A stretch of DNA of 56,969 bases from contig JBAZHE010000005.1 of assembly GCA_041652555.1 (NCBI GenBank), positions 7,547 to 64,515 on the forward strand. Direction: 5' to 3'. Positions 19,354 through 27,661 of this stretch are shown here, piece by piece (within the stretch, counting starts at the first letter, position 1; each line of letters starts with the position of its first letter). The DNA comes from Patescibacteria group bacterium (GTDB taxonomy: Bacteria; Patescibacteriota; Patescibacteriia; Patescibacteriales; WJLG01). Made by a program: the position numbers and the translations under genes. The notes beneath the pieces were generated by a model. It was not told where the DNA came from. It searched no databases and saw only the letters and a list, made by a program, of their open reading frames with translations.

Positions 19354-19849
19354 TACTCGAGCTATAATTCTGGATAAAAAAGATTTTCGGGAAGCTGATT
19401 CTCGAATTATTGTTTTTAGCGAAGATTTTGGCAAAATGTTATTGGTTGTCCGCGGCGGGAAAAAAATAAAATCAAAATTAGCTGGTCATTCAGAGCCCTT
19501 TACTCTGTCACGTTTAATGGTTGTTCGCGGTAAAGATTTTGATTATGCCGGTTCCGTGGTCGGTGAAGAGTTTTACTCAGCCATTAAAGAAGATTTAGAT
19601 AAAATATTTATCGCTGGACAAGCCATTATGTTGGTTGATAAAATGACGCGGGAAGGCGAGGTTGACGGCCAAAAGGAAATTTTTAATCTCTTAAAAGAAT
19701 TTTTAGATGAACTGGAAAAATCCTCCTTACAAAATAGTTATGTCATCCCGGCGGAGGCTGGGATCCAGGATTTTGAAGTATTTTCTCAAAAACTAACTGT
19801 TATTTTAGGCTTTTCCCAAGAAGATTTTGAAGAATTAAGGCGAAAATAA
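19337..19849 (+). CDS. recO: short RecO-like recombination mediator (OB-fold N-domain, no zinc finger)
   Basis: TRAIILDKKDFREADSRIIVFSEDFGKMLLVVRGGKK resembles the RecO N-terminal OB fold. Only 170 aa. Contains a palindromic repeat copy at 19742-19768. Confidence 0.65.
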   Translation: MEPTFNTRAIILDKKDFREADSRIIVFSEDFGKMLLVVRGGKKIKSKLAGHSEPFTLSRLMVVRGKDFDYAGSVVGEEFYSAIKEDLDKIFIAGQAIMLVDKMTREGEVDGQKEIFNLLKEFLDELEKSSLQNSYVIPAEAGIQDFEVFSQKLTVILGFSQEDFEELRRK

Positions 19850-19991
19850 GGGATAATTTCTCCCTTGCCAAAAACAGCGAAATAGTGTAAGATAAAAGAT
19901 ATTTTTAAAAAATTTGGAAGGTTTTGATAGGTACATTTGACTTTAAAAACATTAAAGTCTAAGTAGTTTATTTAATCCAAGGAGATAGCTG

Positions 19992-20129
19992 ATGTTTATT
20001 CCAGATTTAGATGTTCGTAGTACGGCTAAAATTAATCAAAAACCTGTCACCAATAATGAGGATGAAAATCAGGTGTTTGATTTTCTTCCAATAGCAGGAG
20101 ATAATGATTCGGAGGAGCTGTATTTTTAG
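19992..20129 (+). CDS. small acidic hypothetical protein (45 aa)
   Basis: ATG preceded by AAGGAG at about 7 nt. MFIPDLDVRSTAKINQKPVTNNEDENQVFDFLPIAGDNDSEELYF. Followed by hairpin ggggaact-gagga-agttcccc (20140-20160). Below the ORF-track size cutoff. Confidence 0.4.
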   Translation: MFIPDLDVRSTAKINQKPVTNNEDENQVFDFLPIAGDNDSEELYF

Positions 20130-20195
20130 GGAATAAATGGGGGAACTGAGGAAGTTCCCCATCCATCAAAGTCTTTTTAAATTTTTTATTTTTTT

Positions 20196-21980
20196 ATGTT
20201 AAGAACACACACTTGTGGACAATTGAATGAAGCCGATATCGGTTTAGAAGTTGAGCTTTCCGGTTGGGTTTATCGCCGTCGTGATCATGGTGGAGTTATT
20301 TTTATTGATTTGCGCGATCGTTATGGCGTCACCCAGATTAAATTCGACGTTAACCACGGAACTTCAGAAGCAATGATGGCCGAAGCTGATAAATTAAGAA
20401 GCGAATGGGTAATCAATGTTAAAGGCAAGACAATTGGGCGTCCGGAAGATATGGTGAATTCAAAAATGCCGACCGGTGAAATTGAAATTGAAGTTTTGGA
20501 ATTAAATATTTTAAATACTTCCAAGGCTTTACCTTTTGAGTTAGAAGAGGAAAAAACTTCCAATATCAACGAAGCTTTGCGTTTGAAATATCGTTTTCTT
20601 GATTTACGGCGCGAGCGTTTGCAAAGCATAGTAAAAATGCGTAATTCCTTAATTAGATATATTCGCGATTATTTTCATAAAAATGACTTTATTGATATCC
20701 AAACTCCTATTTTAGCGAATTCTTCACCAGAGGGAGCGCGAGACTATTTGGTTCCTTCTCGTCTTTATCCGGGAAAATTTTATGCTCTTCCTCAAGCCCC
20801 TCAACAGTTTAAGCAACTACTAATGGTAGCCGGGATGGATAGATATTTTCAAGTCGCTCCCTGTTTTCGCGACGAAAATCCGCGTGAACATCGTCATGCC
20901 GGTGATTTTTATCAGGTTGATTTTGAAATGAGTTTTGTTGAGCAAGAAGATGTTTGGGCGATTACTGAGCCACTAATGATTGAATTGATAGAAAAATTTA
21001 CTGATAAAAAAGTAGTTAATAAGAAATTTCCGCGTTTGCCTTATAACGAGGCGATGATAAAATACGGTTCTGATAAACCTGATTTACGTTTTGATTTGGA
21101 AATAAAACCAATAACCGAATTAATAACAGCTGATTGTGGGTTTTCAGTTTTTGCCAGTGTGCTAAAAGATGGTGGCGTGATTCATGCTCTAAAAGTTGAC
21201 GGAGGTAATGTTTTTTCTCGTAGCGTGATAGATGAATTAACTGAAATAGCCAAAGATAAGGGAGCTAAGGGTTTGGCTTATATTCAGATGCGTGAAGATG
21301 GTCCGGCTTCGCCAATAAATAAATTTTTGGGCGATGAATTGATGAATAAGATAATTGCTATGGTTGGCGCTAAAATCGGTGATATAATTTTCTTTGGCGC
21401 CGATGAGTTAAGAATAGTTTGTTCAGCTTTGGGTGCTGTGCGTTCTAAATGCGGTGAACTTTTAAACTTAAAAGATCCGAAAAAGGTAGCTTTTGCCTGG
21501 ATTATTGATTTTCCAATGTATTCCATGTCAGAAATAGAGCCGGGGAAGATTGATTTTGAACATAATCCTTTTTCTATGCCTTCTGGCGGAATGGAGTCTT
21601 TGGAAAAAGAAAATCCTTTAGATATTAAAGCCAGTCAATATGATTTGGCTTGTAACGGTTATGAGCTTTTGTCCGGTGGTATTCGCAACCATAATCCTGA
21701 AATAATGTACAAAGCTTTTGAAATAGCTGGATATACTAAAGAGGATGTAGATAAAAAATTTGGCGCAATGTTGCGCGCTTTTGAATACGGCGCTCCGCCT
21801 CACGGTGGTGCAGCCATAGGTTTTGACCGTTTATTAATGATTATAATGGATTGCGATTCTATTCGTGATGTTTACGCTTTTCCCAAAGACGGCCAAGGAC
21901 GCGACGTGATGATGGATTCCCCCTCAGAAGTGACGCCAAAGCAGTTGAAGGAATTAGGTATTAAAATTGTAGAAAAATAA
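20196..21980 (+). CDS. aspS: aspartyl-tRNA synthetase
   Basis: 594 aa. Class II motifs (FRDE, GGIRNH, PPHGG.A.G.DRL). N-terminal OB anticodon-binding domain. Confidence 0.96.
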   Translation: MLRTHTCGQLNEADIGLEVELSGWVYRRRDHGGVIFIDLRDRYGVTQIKFDVNHGTSEAMMAEADKLRSEWVINVKGKTIGRPEDMVNSKMPTGEIEIEVLELNILNTSKALPFELEEEKTSNINEALRLKYRFLDLRRERLQSIVKMRNSLIRYIRDYFHKNDFIDIQTPILANSSPEGARDYLVPSRLYPGKFYALPQAPQQFKQLLMVAGMDRYFQVAPCFRDENPREHRHAGDFYQVDFEMSFVEQEDVWAITEPLMIELIEKFTDKKVVNKKFPRLPYNEAMIKYGSDKPDLRFDLEIKPITELITADCGFSVFASVLKDGGVIHALKVDGGNVFSRSVIDELTEIAKDKGAKGLAYIQMREDGPASPINKFLGDELMNKIIAMVGAKIGDIIFFGADELRIVCSALGAVRSKCGELLNLKDPKKVAFAWIIDFPMYSMSEIEPGKIDFEHNPFSMPSGGMESLEKENPLDIKASQYDLACNGYELLSGGIRNHNPEIMYKAFEIAGYTKEDVDKKFGAMLRAFEYGAPPHGGAAIGFDRLLMIIMDCDSIRDVYAFPKDGQGRDVMMDSPSEVTPKQLKELGIKIVEK

Positions 21981-21987
21981 AACGAAC

Positions 21988-22018
21988 GAAGCTCTAAAAA
22001 TGAGCTTCTTTTGTTTTT
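21988..22018 (+). terminator. rho-independent terminator after aspS
   Basis: gaagctc-taaaaat-gagcttc followed by TTTTGTTTTT. Confidence 0.7.
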
Positions 22019-22110
22019 GGTAAGGGAGTAGTATAATAAAGATAAATTTAAATTATTATTTTGTTAGCTAGAAAATCAAGGCTCTCTTGTTTTTTAGTGC
22101 AAGCAATTTT

Positions 22111-23076
22111 ATGGAAGAAATAAATAAAAATGAGGAGTCGCGTCCTTATAATGCGGCTAAGTATGTATTTTTTTATCTTACTCATTTGGTTTCCTTGATT
22201 TTTATGGCGATTTCTTTTGGTACGATAATTTTTCAGGCCATAAACAGAAAGATTAGCGACCCGATAAATCTTTATAGTGCTTTCTACCAGGAAGGAGCTA
22301 TGAAGTTCGGTATTGCCGCTTTATTTGTTTTCGCGCCGGTTTATTATATTGTGAGCCACTTTATTCTTAAAGCGGTGCGCCAAGGTGAAATCAAGCGCGA
22401 CTCCGGAATCCGCCGCTGGCTTACGTATTTAATTTTATTTGTTTCCTTTTTGGTTTTTGCTGGATATCTAGTCGCTTTCATTATCAGTTTCTTAAATGGA
22501 GAATTAACTTTGAAATTTATTTTGAAAGTTATTACTGTGATGATCATCGCCGCCGCGGTTTTTAGTTTTTATTTCTATGACATCATGAGAAAAAAAACTG
22601 AAGGGGAAAAAAGCCGCGTGATAAAAATTTATTTTTTATCCACAGCCATCGCTGTCGCAATAGTTTTTGTTGGTTCATTTTTTGTTATTGATAATCCAAC
22701 TCAGATGCGCGCAAAGAAATTGGATAATGAGGTTACGACTAAATTCTACACGATTGATAATTGCGTCGATCAGTATTATCGCGAGAAAAAAACCATGCCT
22801 TTAAATATGGATGAGATCAAAGCTAATTGCGATTATTTTTTGGATGATGTTGCTATAGATAAGGAATCCGGCAAAGCCTTTGAATATCGCTTAAAACAGG
22901 ATAAAACCTATGAATTATGCGCTCAATTTCGTGTTTCCAATAAAGACGATAAAAACAATAATCAACCGGCCTATACTTCGCCGGAAAATAAATCAATGTT
23001 GCATGATTCTGGTTGGCAATGTTTGGAAAGAAAAATTTATTACGCCGACACCGATCCAATCAACTTAGTAAAATAA
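22111..23076 (+). CDS. hypothetical multi-pass membrane protein with Cys-containing C-terminal soluble domain
   Basis: About 5 hydrophobic segments, then a polar about 120-aa domain. ATG at 22111 preferred over the TTG at 22087. Confidence 0.6.
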   Translation: MEEINKNEESRPYNAAKYVFFYLTHLVSLIFMAISFGTIIFQAINRKISDPINLYSAFYQEGAMKFGIAALFVFAPVYYIVSHFILKAVRQGEIKRDSGIRRWLTYLILFVSFLVFAGYLVAFIISFLNGELTLKFILKVITVMIIAAAVFSFYFYDIMRKKTEGEKSRVIKIYFLSTAIAVAIVFVGSFFVIDNPTQMRAKKLDNEVTTKFYTIDNCVDQYYREKKTMPLNMDEIKANCDYFLDDVAIDKESGKAFEYRLKQDKTYELCAQFRVSNKDDKNNNQPAYTSPENKSMLHDSGWQCLERKIYYADTDPINLVK

Positions 23077-23085
23077 AAATTAAAA

Positions 23086-23116
23086 ATGGTCCCGAGCGAT
23101 CGGGACCATTTTTTTG
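23086..23116 (+). terminator. rho-independent terminator
   Basis: Perfect 10-bp stem atggtcccga-gcga-tcgggaccat (GNRA loop) followed by T7. Confidence 0.85.
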
Positions 23117-23145
23117 TCAAAAAGTATTGTGGACAAAAAAAATTT

Positions 23146-23255
23146 GTGCTATAATTATTTTTAGATAGAATTTTTTTAAAAAATGTTTTCTTTTTTTCGG
23201 GAGTGTGTTATAATTTTAATTGAAAGCTTTTATTTTTTTTTAAAAGTGCTATAAT
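23146..23255 (+). promoter_or_regulatory. three tandem extended -10 elements (TGnTATAAT)
   Basis: TGcTATAAT at 23147-23155, TGtTATAAT at 23206-23214, TGcTATAAT at 23247-23255. The last ends 6 nt before the ATG at 23262. Confidence 0.45.
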
Positions 23256-23261
23256 TAAATT

Positions 23262-23951
23262 ATGACAGACAAGAAGAAAATTTTTCCAATCGCTCTAAAA
23301 AAATATTTAACTGCCCATAGTGTTAACTCGAAAATTTTAGAGCACAAAACAGTTTACACTGCGATTGATGTTGCTAATACTTTAAAAAAGAAAATGGAAG
23401 AAATAGTTAAATCGCTTTTGGTAAAGGTTGATAATTATTATTATATTGTTTGTCTGCCGGCTGATCATAATCTTGATTTTAAAAAAATAAAATCAGCGAT
23501 AGAAAGAACCACCGGAGTAAAAGTTAAAACTATAAAGATTCCTGACGAGAAGACAATGATTAAGGTTTTGAAACTTCAAAAAGAAGGGATGTCAGCTTTT
23601 GGTGGACTTTATAAGTTACCGGTCATTGTTGAGAAAAAATTAGCTAGTATTAAAAGAGCTGTTTTTTCTACCGGAACATTCAACCATTCAGTAGAATTGG
23701 GGTTAAAAGATTTTATTAAGTTAGAAAACGCTGTTTTGGCCAGTTTTGGGATTAAAAAGAAGGTTAAAGTTATTAATAAACGTTCTTCTTCATCTTTGAT
23801 GATGAAGCACGCCAATAAAAAACCTATGGCTACTAAAAAAAAGGCCGTAAAGAAAGCCGTCAAAAAAGCCAAGAAGCCTGTAAAAAAGGCTAAAAAGGCT
23901 GTTAAGAAGGTAAAAAAGGCCACTAAAAAGGCAAAAAAAGCGAAGAAATAA
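23262..23951 (+). CDS. YbaK/EbsC-type aminoacyl-tRNA deacylase domain fused to a Lys/Ala-rich histone-H1-like tail
   Basis: The N-terminal about 175 aa resemble the YbaK/ProRS-associated editing domain. The last about 45 aa are (K-K-A/V) repeats. Confidence 0.6.
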   Translation: MTDKKKIFPIALKKYLTAHSVNSKILEHKTVYTAIDVANTLKKKMEEIVKSLLVKVDNYYYIVCLPADHNLDFKKIKSAIERTTGVKVKTIKIPDEKTMIKVLKLQKEGMSAFGGLYKLPVIVEKKLASIKRAVFSTGTFNHSVELGLKDFIKLENAVLASFGIKKKVKVINKRSSSSLMMKHANKKPMATKKKAVKKAVKKAKKPVKKAKKAVKKVKKATKKAKKAKK

Positions 23952-23982
23952 TTAATTTTTAGCTTTTTCTTTACGAGGAGGA

Positions 23983-24020
23983 ACCACTTCGGCCCAATTA
24001 TGGACCGAAGTGGTTTTTTT
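23983..24020 (+). terminator. rho-independent terminator
   Basis: accacttcgg...ccgaagtggt 10-bp stem followed by T7. Confidence 0.8.
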
Positions 24021-24083
24021 GGAGATTTTTTAGTGTGGATAAGAGCTCTTTTAAAGATTAGCTTTTTTTGTTAAGATTAAAGA

Positions 24084-24800
24084 ATGATTAATGTTAAGTT
24101 AGAAAAATTTGAAGGTCCGCTGTCTTTGCTTTTGAAGATGATAGAGGCGGAAGAACTGGATATTACCCAGGTTTCCTTAGCCAAGATAGCTGATCAATAT
24201 GTAGAATATTTAAAAGGCTGCCAGGATATAGATCCGGATTTGTTAGCTGATTTTTTAGTGGTGGCCGCCAAGCTTCTATATATAAAATCTAGGGCGTTAT
24301 TGCCTTATCTTTTTCCAGCCGAAGAAGAAGACCTTGGCGATTTGGAACGCCAACTCAAAATGTATCGCGAGTTTTTGGATGCTATGGCTAAATTGATGGA
24401 AATTTTACAAAAAAAACATTTTTCTTTTTCTCCAACCGGACGGAATTTGCGCAAGATGATTGGCTTGGAAGATAAGTTTTTTTCACCGCCGAAGAAATTG
24501 TCCAAAGAAAATTTGGCTGAAATTTTTTCGTTTTTTTTGAAAAATAAAAAAGTTATTCATCTGGAAGAACGGGTGTTAGAACAAAAAATAAATATTGAAG
24601 ATAAAATTTTGCATATTCAGCAGGCGTTATTCAGTTGTTTAAAAGTAAGCTTTAAAGAATTTTTAACCACCGCGCAGTCGAAGAACGAAGTGATTGTAAG
24701 TTTTTTGGCGATGCTGGAGCTGATGAAGCAGAAATTTATCGATGTTCATCAGGAAGAATTATTTGCGGAAATAATGATGAGTAAAAAAGAAAATATATAA
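24084..24800 (+). CDS. scpA: segregation and condensation protein A (kleisin)
   Basis: FEGPLSLLLKMIEAEELDITQVSLAKIADQY N-terminus, typical of ScpA. Followed by scpB. Confidence 0.88.
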   Translation: MINVKLEKFEGPLSLLLKMIEAEELDITQVSLAKIADQYVEYLKGCQDIDPDLLADFLVVAAKLLYIKSRALLPYLFPAEEEDLGDLERQLKMYREFLDAMAKLMEILQKKHFSFSPTGRNLRKMIGLEDKFFSPPKKLSKENLAEIFSFFLKNKKVIHLEERVLEQKINIEDKILHIQQALFSCLKVSFKEFLTTAQSKNEVIVSFLAMLELMKQKFIDVHQEELFAEIMMSKKENI

Positions 24801-24804
24801 TTTT

Positions 24805-25395
24805 ATGAATAATCTAGAATCAAAAATCGAATCACTGCTTTTTATTTCCGGCCGTCCAATGTCGGTGCGTGAATTAGCTGAGTTAACTAATAGTGACGGC
24901 AAAGAAGTGGAGGAAGTTTGCGAGAAGCTTTTGGTAGCTAAAAAAGAATCTGGCGCCGGCTTGCAAATATTGAAAAATAATTCCAGCTTTCAAATGGTGA
25001 CCGCCCCAGAAAGCGCCACTTTAATTCAAGAATTTATCAAAGACGAAACAACCGGCGAATTAAGCCGGCCGTCTTTGGAAACATTAACCATTATCGCTTA
25101 TCGCGGACCGATTTCCAAAACTGATTTAGACAGAATTAGAGGCGTTAATTGTTCTTTAATATTACATAATTTATTAGTGCGTGGCTTGATTGATAGTCGT
25201 GATGACAAGAAAAAAAACGAGATTTATTATACTGTCACCTTTGATTTTTTAAAGTTTTTAGGTTTAAATGAAGTTAAAGAATTGCCTGATTTTAAGCGTT
25301 TAAGCCAAGATGATACAATCAACAGAATGTTATTTGAAGACGGTATTGATCAGTCTAAAAGCACAGCAGAAGAAAAATTAGGAGCTTTGCAATAA
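24805..25395 (+). CDS. scpB: segregation and condensation protein B
   Basis: IESLLFISGRPMSVRELAE...LSRPSLETLTIIAYRGPISKTDLDRIRGV, the ScpB winged-helix pattern. Confidence 0.88.
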   Translation: MNNLESKIESLLFISGRPMSVRELAELTNSDGKEVEEVCEKLLVAKKESGAGLQILKNNSSFQMVTAPESATLIQEFIKDETTGELSRPSLETLTIIAYRGPISKTDLDRIRGVNCSLILHNLLVRGLIDSRDDKKKNEIYYTVTFDFLKFLGLNEVKELPDFKRLSQDDTINRMLFEDGIDQSKSTAEEKLGALQ

Positions 25396-25398
25396 TTT

Positions 25399-26385
25399 AT
25401 GTTTTTTTCGCTTTTGGCTGGTTTTTTATTTTCCGGCTTGATTTCAATCTCGGCAATTAATCCCGCCGTTAAGGCGGAAGTTTTGTTTTTTGGCGAGTCT
25501 AGCCAGCTTCGAGTCGCCGTAGAATCCATTGATCGTTTACCAGAAAATACTTATAAAGATTTTTATTCGGAGAATTTTTTGCCGGAAAATAAAGGTTTAA
25601 TTCCTTGGCTGAAAGATGATGTTCCTTTGGAAAATTTTTCTATTTATGCTTCCAGCGCTTTGGCAATTGACGTTACTAGTGGAAAAGTTCTTTATTCCTC
25701 CGGTGCCGATAATGTTCGTTCAATCGCCAGTTTAAGCAAGTTGGCTACGGCTTTAACTTTTTTGGATTTGATGCCGGAATGGGGAAATTTTTATAAAATT
25801 AAAAAAAGTGATCTTCGTTCCGGTGGAAAAAGCTATATTTATGAAGGTGATGAAGTGAAGATAATTGATCTTTTTCATTTGTCGCTTATGGCTTCGGATA
25901 ACAGCGCGACCGTCGCCCTAGGCTCGGCTCTGGGGTTTTCGGAGGTGGAATTGGCTGCCAAAATGAATGCTAAGGCCATGGCTTTAGGACTTGTTAAAAC
26001 TCACTTTACTGATGTTACCGGACTAAGCTATGAAAATGTTTCCACAGCCAAAGAAGTTGCTGTTTTGGCGAAAAAAAGTTTTGCCAGAAAAAGTATCAGA
26101 GAAGTTGTTTTAAAAAGGGATTATTCTTTTTCTACGGCGGCTGGAAGAGTGGTAGAAGTTTTTCCGACTGATTATCTTTTGTCTGTTTTACCTCAAGAAA
26201 ATTTGGATATTTTGGGAGGAAAGACCGGCTACACTGTTGAAGCCGGATATTGTTTTGCCGGTGAATTTTTTCAGAATAATAAAAAAATAATTTCCGTTGT
26301 TCTTGGCGCTCCAACCGATTTGGCACGCTTTCAGGAAGCAAAGAAATTAGCTGAGTGGGTTTTTGCCAGCTTTTCTTGGAAATAA
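25399..26385 (+). CDS. D-alanyl-D-alanine carboxypeptidase (peptidase S11 / low-MW PBP)
   Basis: Signal peptide. SxxK (SLSK), SxN (SDN) and KTG (GGKTGYT) motifs. Confidence 0.85.
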   Translation: MFFSLLAGFLFSGLISISAINPAVKAEVLFFGESSQLRVAVESIDRLPENTYKDFYSENFLPENKGLIPWLKDDVPLENFSIYASSALAIDVTSGKVLYSSGADNVRSIASLSKLATALTFLDLMPEWGNFYKIKKSDLRSGGKSYIYEGDEVKIIDLFHLSLMASDNSATVALGSALGFSEVELAAKMNAKAMALGLVKTHFTDVTGLSYENVSTAKEVAVLAKKSFARKSIREVVLKRDYSFSTAAGRVVEVFPTDYLLSVLPQENLDILGGKTGYTVEAGYCFAGEFFQNNKKIISVVLGAPTDLARFQEAKKLAEWVFASFSWK

Positions 26386-26415
26386 AAAAAGTGTTTCTTC
26401 CGCCATTGACAGCTA

Positions 26416-26443
26416 TTGACTAAAATTATATTTTGTGTTAGTA
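26416..26443 (+). promoter_or_regulatory. candidate sigma70-type promoter of the DGR target gene
   Basis: TTGACT - 16 nt - TGtTAGTAT. An additional TTGACA lies at 26406-26411. Confidence 0.4.
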
Positions 26444-26523
26444 TATTTGTATACATTTGGATGTGTATCCTAATCTGCCGGGAAGAGCAGAAAAGCACTT
26501 TTACATTCAAAAAAGGATGGACT

Positions 26524-27168
26524 ATGAGCCAAAAAACACCAAGCTCCGGACAAGCGCTGGAACTAGCCGGTATCGCTGTTAAAGCGATAGCTAGTGGAAT
26601 TAAAAATGGAAATCCGGATTTTGATCGGGTTCAGGGAATAGTTGGTAATCCCGGAGCCATTTATGATTTCTTCAGCAATTTGTTCGCTGAAAAATCAGAG
26701 AAGCCGACCTCATCGATTTTGAAACTTCTCTCCGCCAGTGAAAACATGACCATCGAATCTCTCGACGGCAAGGAATTCATTCATGGAGACAGAAAAGTTT
26801 TCAAGTCGTATATTGACGACGATTTCAAAAACTGGAAACTGAATCAGGCGAGCGAAGCTACCAAGGAAACTGCCGTGCAGGTGCATGAGCTGGTTGAAGA
26901 CGCGACTTTCGCAAAAATGTTTACTTCGCTTTCCGGCGACTTAGACAAATTATGCCTTACGCAACATCAGATTAAGAGATTTTGCGAATATCCCGGCCAG
27001 CTTAGCCAGAGTGGCGCCACGTTCTTCCTGTTCAAGCTGAATGGAGAATATTTCGTGGCTGACGTGGACGTGTACGACGATGGTCTCTCTGTCTTCGTCC
27101 GCCGCTTCGAGATCGACCCTCTCTGGTGTGCCGAGTATGGTCACCGGCTTGTCGTCCCGCAACTTTAG
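26524..27168 (+). CDS. DGR variable (target) protein, 214 aa, VR at the C-terminus
   Basis: ATG at 26524 preceded by AGGA. The C-terminal 38 codons form the VR. Visibly more GC-rich than its neighbours. The ORF is open from the TTG at 26416, but that stretch looks like a promoter. Confidence 0.8.
   Translation: MSQKTPSSGQALELAGIAVKAIASGIKNGNPDFDRVQGIVGNPGAIYDFFSNLFAEKSEKPTSSILKLLSASENMTIESLDGKEFIHGDRKVFKSYIDDDFKNWKLNQASEATKETAVQVHELVEDATFAKMFTSLSGDLDKLCLTQHQIKRFCEYPGQLSQSGATFFLFKLNGEYFVADVDVYDDGLSVFVRRFEIDPLWCAEYGHRLVVPQL
27050..27165 (+). repeat. DGR variable region (VR)
   Basis: Ungapped match to 27546-27661 (offset 496). The 14 mismatches all lie where the TR has A. The stop codon TAG (27166-27168) directly follows the repeat. 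Confidence 0.9.
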
Positions 27169-27238
27169 TTTCCTAGATCACTTGAACTTGGAAACTTTGT
27201 CCCTTGGATTCTTTGAACTTAGGTTTTAACCTTCGTTC

Positions 27239-27267
27239 TTGAATTCAAGGGATTTTTTTTGTATAAT
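27239..27267 (+). promoter_or_regulatory. candidate promoter for the TR-containing RNA
   Basis: TTGAAT (27239-27244) - 17 nt - TATAAT (27262-27267). Lies about 280 nt upstream of the TR on the same strand. Confidence 0.5.
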
Positions 27268-27545
27268 AAAGATGCAGTTTTGATTTGTTCGCCGGCTAAG
27301 GCTGGTGAGCCAAGATTGTTTGAAGATATTTTTGAGAGTTTTGCCGGTTACGGCTGGCAAGAGAGGAAAATATTTTTAATTCAAATAAACAAGCTAAAGT
27401 TGGTATGGCGCGCTGGCGGACTTTAAGGAGATAAAATTTTCCCGATGTCCCGAATAATTTTCAGCCGTTTCTTTCGCACTCGGCGTCAGGGGCGGCGGTG
27501 GTAAAGGGGCTGGCAACCAGTCTCTTGAAGAAGGCGCGCTATGCA

Positions 27546-27661
27546 ATTTCGTGGCTAACGTGAACGTGAACGACGATGGTCTCAATGTCAACGTCAACCG
27601 CTTCGAGAACGACAATCTCTGGAATGCCGAGTATGGTCACCGGCTTGTCGTCCCGCAACTT
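27546..27661 (+). repeat. DGR template region (TR)
   Basis: Reads FVANVNVNDDGLNVNVNRFENDNLWNAEYGHRLVVPQL, with nine AAY codons. Non-coding copy of the VR. Confidence 0.9.

Noticed and set aside
23816-23948. Repetitive aag/aaa/gcc DNA that looks like a microsatellite
   Set aside because: It is in frame and codes the (KKA)n tail of the YbaK-like protein. The repeat units are imperfect at the DNA level.
26416-26523. Upstream TTG start giving the DGR target a hydrophobic N-terminus (possible signal anchor)
   Set aside because: This stretch is AT-rich and promoter-like (TTGACA/TTGACT plus a -10-like box) and has no SD. ATG 26524 has an AGGA at the right distance, and the GC content rises there. 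It is kept as an alternative only.
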